In this document: positions 61,001 to 64,000 of the stretch, piece by piece
Position numbering within the stretch: position 1 is the first letter of the stretch
Layout: each line of letters begins with the position of its first letter
Assembly (NCBI GenBank): GCA_002811645.1
Contig: PDIP01000019.1
Coordinates: 103,592 to 167,591, forward strand
Direction of reading: 5' to 3'
Origin: Corallochytrium limacisporum Hawaii
Lineage: Eukaryota > Protista > Pluriformea
DNA: 64,000 nt
Position numbers and translations under genes: made by a program
Notes under the pieces: model-generated
Databases searched by the model: none
Told to the model about the DNA's origin: nothing
What the model saw: only the letters and a program-made list of their open reading frames with translations

Positions 61001-61463
61001 CAGCAAATTGATGAACTTGTGCTTGAAAGCCTACAGGAACCACAGTCTGCGCACTCTCGCTGGAATTGGTGTACGGATGCTGATTGCAATGGGCCATCCT
61101 AAATATGCTCAGAATTGGAATCTCATCGGACGGACGATCGTTGACACCTGGGAAGATTCCGACGGCAACGGTGACGACCTCGCAAATTTCATATCAATGA
61201 TCACATTTGCAATTCGTTATCGAACCCCTCTTTTTACAGTGCTTGAGCCAGTTATCGATGAAATGACGGGGAATTTGCAATTCACCACACTGCCTCTTGA
61301 TGATCAAAATAAGGTGAAGCCGTTCAGCCACAGAATTGCAGCAGTACAGGCAGCAAGCCGCGGTGGGAGTATGGATATGAACGAAGTGATTCGGCTTACC
61401 TGCAACGAATACTTTGAATACTGTGAGAGAAACAATGTTGGATTGACCTCTGTCGCATTGTAG
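55032..61463 (+). CDS. UNC80: UNC80-like large HEAT/ARM-type scaffold (NALCN channel complex subunit homologue), ~2143 aa
   Basis: First ATG is at 55032. Three ordered segments resemble remembered UNC80 blocks: IRLARLWSRR...FFKKAPPFYPFNQPSP; YPRPFQTATLAVIDLLDD...LGEDYQLFFRPFIERMS; HNPQAKQAIDYVWYLLYTSHGHRFLL. Confidence 0.72.
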   Translation: MTDKGKKAEKPAKSGEVGRDRSTSFGYVSPELLRKSSDLSGNAYLVQASSEYFDLDTKMAGLRESELYGMSTENLSEPPRRRLDVTVLDPAEMAAVDGGIANDQEPRFPRRANVSALDLYRETDAVASQDDSPLIRHESSDRVGSNADSPLPNRARAFSGKSIMSNELTPRKSEVIISGTGLYTQMYSVDDLIWSNSIFVRQHKDATFEAKTIRQEVSSKAQQRKVVAEVLQICGKRDPKPSDGERLLFLMGRLKAGENEAFLRLAPWVICSMTYHNLIESKRSQAMSSSTEADFEDYNDLKPVEFLIRTSPTPLHLYPLISIALTSTLAAKRSPANDGKKRKAINLLKFFEREYPEVVQASIHSIVNPLWALLSDCISESTQDYEFGLKESPLAEESQDQIEQYLADVAKRAEPSEWLSMVMKNINVESWHFRGLVRGLSIIKRLFILPDIGATMLSVHNNSSSDWDLSNPNLPIIGEVTARSGHSSQSLLPDLTIDPANYNGQGLHKLFADEAQAMMLVRLLGTIVQLRKLPIIHHLVVEIISLGFYFEENLPATLAAEIFSLTLDMLRSQITVKSDGVTTNKERNTAQMEAQDLTISAIIQLASHQERQLQNAGGAMLAQLPVRDSLYIYTKIVDTVSLRNLFVGNTYKDFLIKCFIAGHKTLKPDLQTLKGILVQVQRHETKVFYEPLMQSMVSDIDMNIFEGIFALKVYRSSIGFTHAMPPALLTAALTKKGNHRAILHWLIELSYITTKSKLGDGTIRHLIRIVSMLMQLLEKVLAEHSEDLSSMLNFEPVGGVERKESGSAEASSQARPVILSRIFLSLVFDFMARVTMLKFRSRQRLALRVPPTLLQKILHLVSLELPIALRGNHFPSLEDMELNELYRVYSVMTSYAALFLLPRASALSAHGESQRTSLLEQCKKYGEKRQKMMQSNFPRSLLESATTLLALNSIGMNQEDLLQLPDLCSLMLSYDNEKVRNSAALLMFTAGEASPMHLQKVFVQHLYESDHYRRKLQVIRLARLWSRRNDYGYVLSEDEKLRTNSFFKKAPPFYPFNQPSPADTISETLLVVQGAQRGVKAFQSSSVHAAASKMAPTLEQVAASKQTTENASNDKVSAIVKNSGIANTTVTMPKAKFSHGHGHFSLGTGTLSGICNILHAYPLLHILSNVEDLRNDKFLYPRPFQTATLAVIDLLDDNEIDVLSLSSSFLLESLGEDYQLFFRPFIERMSNKQQDRNIESDMLARLDRMMVHMPLRVAANSATQMFNHICGLIGHLAGTGGDLGLIAGHMSVAARLIDSVGSISYGRMLKERVDIWMLPFGLTKQQLSGFFANVTVRARSPSPSMLPEESRNTPDDQEGADTMEFEHLPGNLYISFPLQMACVDELGKDHSRLWDQYLILQTKQLAFMQSLCLRVPKDAPTLIRRFYESLDVAKIVLVLSGTGRGTNRYDVLLKRRWIELLNNCFLILPQDFVFQNEIRVTLQVFQKMLTNAHLTGGADLTVLMGMLKFVVIISVRFAITVRESCMSVIGETLTIMKWTQWHNPQAKQAIDYVWYLLYTSHGHRFLLPAFGCWKKYAELIRTNARKARVSDASAENLISGVLTPTTSLSARDSNAWTASEGDTSGSFIMESGRAELEVRSEMVIEEVLISLLLALTKKPEVVTEIEDAYIDVCEQSFMIGVPVELEFKLVRRQGRTMHADVTESLEEIWRLMVITMLYDVTSPRSSEIATVLTSLCHRLIPALDVSVVRSTIKHSLTSLHSRMKAISKSRAASKPAVLPSGSGVDEETIPVELYFTATVCNAIFITTSQAIATHRSSIDLDAEDVKNVLRLIRRLLQTPAASAINWDSIVAILHCLTHMHLDDVQNNLTQVSKILVTTTRMVRKDPRPLYLSKMVRVLDVLVNSGLQGEAYHNHIMAFCTAALEGAQKFYCPPSLREALYRLITRMTRTGFSGSLQLLDMIDVNDHMTLVYVVLPVCITITLEEADLTTYSKLMNLCLKAYRNHSLRTLAGIGVRMLIAMGHPKYAQNWNLIGRTIVDTWEDSDGNGDDLANFISMITFAIRYRTPLFTVLEPVIDEMTGNLQFTTLPLDDQNKVKPFSHRIAAVQAASRGGSMDMNEVIRLTCNEYFEYCERNNVGLTSVAL

Positions 61464-61680
61464 GCTTTCAATCACAAATACATTCCTAATTTAATATAAG
61501 CTAAGCCACTAATTGAATTACATTGCTATCCGCGCACCAGAATTGAATTTTTATTGTCCGTCCCAGTGCATATTCCATACCATTTTATTGAAGACTCTAA
61601 AGTACGAATACGAATATACATCTACCTTTATTCCATATGGATTTGAATGATGCGAATGGTATCAAAATCCTTGAATACAT

Positions 61681-63003
61681 TTACTTGGACAAGACTGCAT
61701 CAATAGATGAAGCAAGGTAGTCGACATTACCAGAAGTGACCCCAGCCATTGAAATTCGGCCATTGCTAGTCAGATAAATAGAATAATTGTCTGCCAACTG
61801 CTTGACTTCATCTGCACTCAAACCACTGAAACAGAACATGCCAATCTGATCTGTGATGTGATTCCATGAGCGATCATTCTTGCCTTCCTCCAGTCTCGCT
61901 CGAAGGGCTGTCCGCATATTCGCAATTCTACCAGCCATGGTTTTGACATCTTTGTCCCACATTTCCAGCAGCTGGTTGTCCGACAGAATTTTCTCTGCAA
62001 TCTTTGCGCCTGACATGGGCGGGTTGGAGTACAGGGGACGAATTACAATTTTGAGCTGGCTCATGACAGCAGAAGCTTCCTCCGGGCTACCCGTCAAAAT
62101 GTGCAAACCACCGATGCGGTGTCCATACAATCCCATATTCTTGGCGAAGGACTGACACAAGGCAAGCTCATGGCCATCCTCTACAAATTTACGCAAACCG
62201 TAAGCATCCTTGTCAGCATCGCCGCTGGCAAAGCCCTGGTAGGCCATGTCAAAGACTACATAATGTCCCTTCTCTTTGAGCAGGTCAGATATCTCCTGCC
62301 ACTGCTCCTTAGTCGGGTCGACACCGGTGGGGTTGTGGGCGCAGGCGTGCAGAAGGATCACGGACGGTTTATCAATGGCTTTCAGGTCTTTAACCATGCC
62401 ATCGAAGTCAAGACCGCATGTAGAAGGGTCATAGTACGTGTAGAAGTCAGTGGTGAACCCCGTGTCCTTGAAAATGGGAATGTGATTGCCCCAGGTTGGC
62501 TTAGGGAAGTAGATGGTCTTCTCGACTGGCAGGAAGCGTTGCAGGAATTCCGCCAGTACGCGCAGAGAACCCGTGCCACTCAAAGTCTGAGCACTCACCA
62601 GCGAACCGCTATTCAGAATTGAAGCACCCTTGCCAAAGGCAAACTCTGCAGCAAGTTTGCTGAACTTGGCACTGCCCACAATTGGTCCGTATTCCTTGTC
62701 CTGGTTCTCAGCCATTATCTGCTTCTCAGCTTCCCGAACTGAGGGGGGGACCCAAGGCTTTCCAGCATCATCACGGTACGCACCCACACCCAGATTGATT
62801 TTCTTTGGATTCGTGTCACGCTTGAAAGCCTCAGTCACACCCAAAATGGGATCCGGAGGCCCTTCCTTCACGTCCTTAAACCAAGAGGCGAAACGCACGC
62901 TCAGAGCCGGGCCAGCGGTGGCATAGATCCCCTGCAAGGACCGTCCGGATGCCACTCCACTGCGGACAGTCGATAGACGTGCCTGATTGAGAACAGCTGC
63001 CAT
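61681..63003 (-). CDS. GOT2: Mitochondrial aspartate aminotransferase
   Basis: Presequence followed by SWFKDVKEGPPDPILGVTEAFKRD, LHACAHNPTGVDP, QSFAKNMGLYG (PLP lysine) and GRISMAG. Confidence 0.98.
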   Translation of the reverse strand: MAAVLNQARLSTVRSGVASGRSLQGIYATAGPALSVRFASWFKDVKEGPPDPILGVTEAFKRDTNPKKINLGVGAYRDDAGKPWVPPSVREAEKQIMAENQDKEYGPIVGSAKFSKLAAEFAFGKGASILNSGSLVSAQTLSGTGSLRVLAEFLQRFLPVEKTIYFPKPTWGNHIPIFKDTGFTTDFYTYYDPSTCGLDFDGMVKDLKAIDKPSVILLHACAHNPTGVDPTKEQWQEISDLLKEKGHYVVFDMAYQGFASGDADKDAYGLRKFVEDGHELALCQSFAKNMGLYGHRIGGLHILTGSPEEASAVMSQLKIVIRPLYSNPPMSGAKIAEKILSDNQLLEMWDKDVKTMAGRIANMRTALRARLEEGKNDRSWNHITDQIGMFCFSGLSADEVKQLADNYSIYLTSNGRISMAGVTSGNVDYLASSIDAVLSK

Positions 63004-63061
63004 TTTTTTGGTGTTGCAGTATCTGCTCCGATGGTATCACCTCCTTCCAAAAACTGGAGTC

Positions 63062-63243
63062 CTGCAAGAACTTTTCGTTAGTGTTGTGAAATACCCCAAC
63101 ACCGACATTTGACCACCCGAGCGGAAGTCAGACCGCCGCTACCCCTCATATTCAGGTGCTCATCGGGAATGCAAAGCGTCTTCTGATGCGGATTGATGAA
63201 TAGTGGGTGATGGTGTTACGGGATGTGATCCCTGTGTACGTAC
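63062..63243 (-). other. Putative spliceosomal intron in the GOT2 5' UTR (182 nt)
   Basis: On the minus strand: donor GTACGT at 63243, branch CACTAAC at 63083-63077, acceptor TTCTTGCAG ending at 63062, 58 nt upstream of the ATG. Confidence 0.65.
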
Positions 63244-64000
63244 GTGGGTTGTGTCGGTCTCCTCACGTCGTGGCCCCCCTCGTCGATTTCCCGTGCTCGC
63301 AACTTTTTTTGTTTGCGAGTTTTCGTCGACTTGTCCTCTCCGCAGATTAGACATTGAAATCTTCGCGGAACCGTGACCCATCGGACCTCAAAATTTTTTC
63401 CTCGTTGGACAGGTTTCCTGCGGAACTACATGAAGGCCGAGGGTCTAATGTTCAGTATTGCTGGCTCTTTGACAGACTCCACGTACAGCCCCTCCCCGCC
63501 CGCTTTACCGCGCCTTCATTGTGCTGTGTGTGAGAAAAAAGCACCTGGCTCACTCTGGGCATTGGGTTCACCAGGCAGCCCAGTAGGGTTTTAAAAAATT
63601 AAGAACGTGTTGAAGCCGCCTCCCCCGGCCCAATCAGTGACACCTAAGCACAGCAGCCAGGTAGCGACCCTATTTTTGGTCCGCCTTCCACGCTGCAACC
63701 CCGTGTATGTTGCCCAACTGCCCTGCCTCCATACTCCTGCCTGTCCCTCACCATTGATCCACTATCTGGGCTGGTACAAACCCGTTCGGACCGGCAAGCG
63801 GAGAGAGAGCCATACGGGCCTGCTGCTGACGAGATGACGGCACTACCCGGCCTTTTGTAGAAAATGTGAAGGGATTCGGCTTTATTGTTTACAAAGCCAT
63901 ACTAGGGTGGTACCACCCTCTGTCTGGGAATATTGTATCAAATCTATTCTTTTTGATTTAGCTCTGCCGTCGCTTGGGAGAGCGGGAAAATTTTGACAGA

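Noticed and set aside
30125-63003. Aralar-like EF module plus GOT2 suggesting a malate-aspartate shuttle cluster
   Set aside because: The carrier domain is of the adenine-nucleotide clade, not an Asp/Glu carrier, and the genes are 30 kb apart
1-64000. tRNA, rRNA, CRISPR arrays, intact transposons, telomeric arrays, alternative genetic code
   Set aside because: None was recognised by eye. Conserved genes translate fully in the standard code and use TAA, TAG and TGA stops. tRNAscan-SE and Infernal would be needed to exclude small RNAs.

Overview
Gene-dense (roughly 50% GC) nuclear genome of a unicellular eukaryote whose coding regions are intron-free. The gene set (UNC80-like, Zn-cluster-like factor, CFIm25, FASTK/RAP, E2F-type sites) fits a non-animal opisthokont or close relative; this is inference. 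I can support 16 single-exon protein genes: a Zn-cluster-like regulator, a CS+SEL1 tail-anchored protein, a PPR-like protein, a RAP-domain protein, a [2Fe-2S] ferredoxin, an EF-hand protein, a multidomain mitochondrial carrier, DHDDS, an HPR/OPR-like protein, WDR24, NUDT21, a giant RbfA-domain protein, NAXE, NUP93, DDX31/DBP7 and an UNC80-like protein, plus GOT2 as the 17th. There are also two assembly gaps, microsatellites and a ~9.5 kb gene-free interval that may hold a badly decayed LINE. The standout is 29325-31601, one ORF that fuses two PKA-R/PKG-type cyclic-nucleotide-binding domains, a truncated aralar/citrin-type EF-hand module and an adenine-nucleotide-clade SLC25 carrier, i.e. a candidate cAMP/cGMP-regulated mitochondrial carrier. 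Also notable: an UNC80 (NALCN channelosome) homologue in a unicellular organism, a high local density of mitochondrial RNA-metabolism genes, and apparent introns confined to 5' leaders. All family assignments are by eye from remembered motifs; no searches were run.
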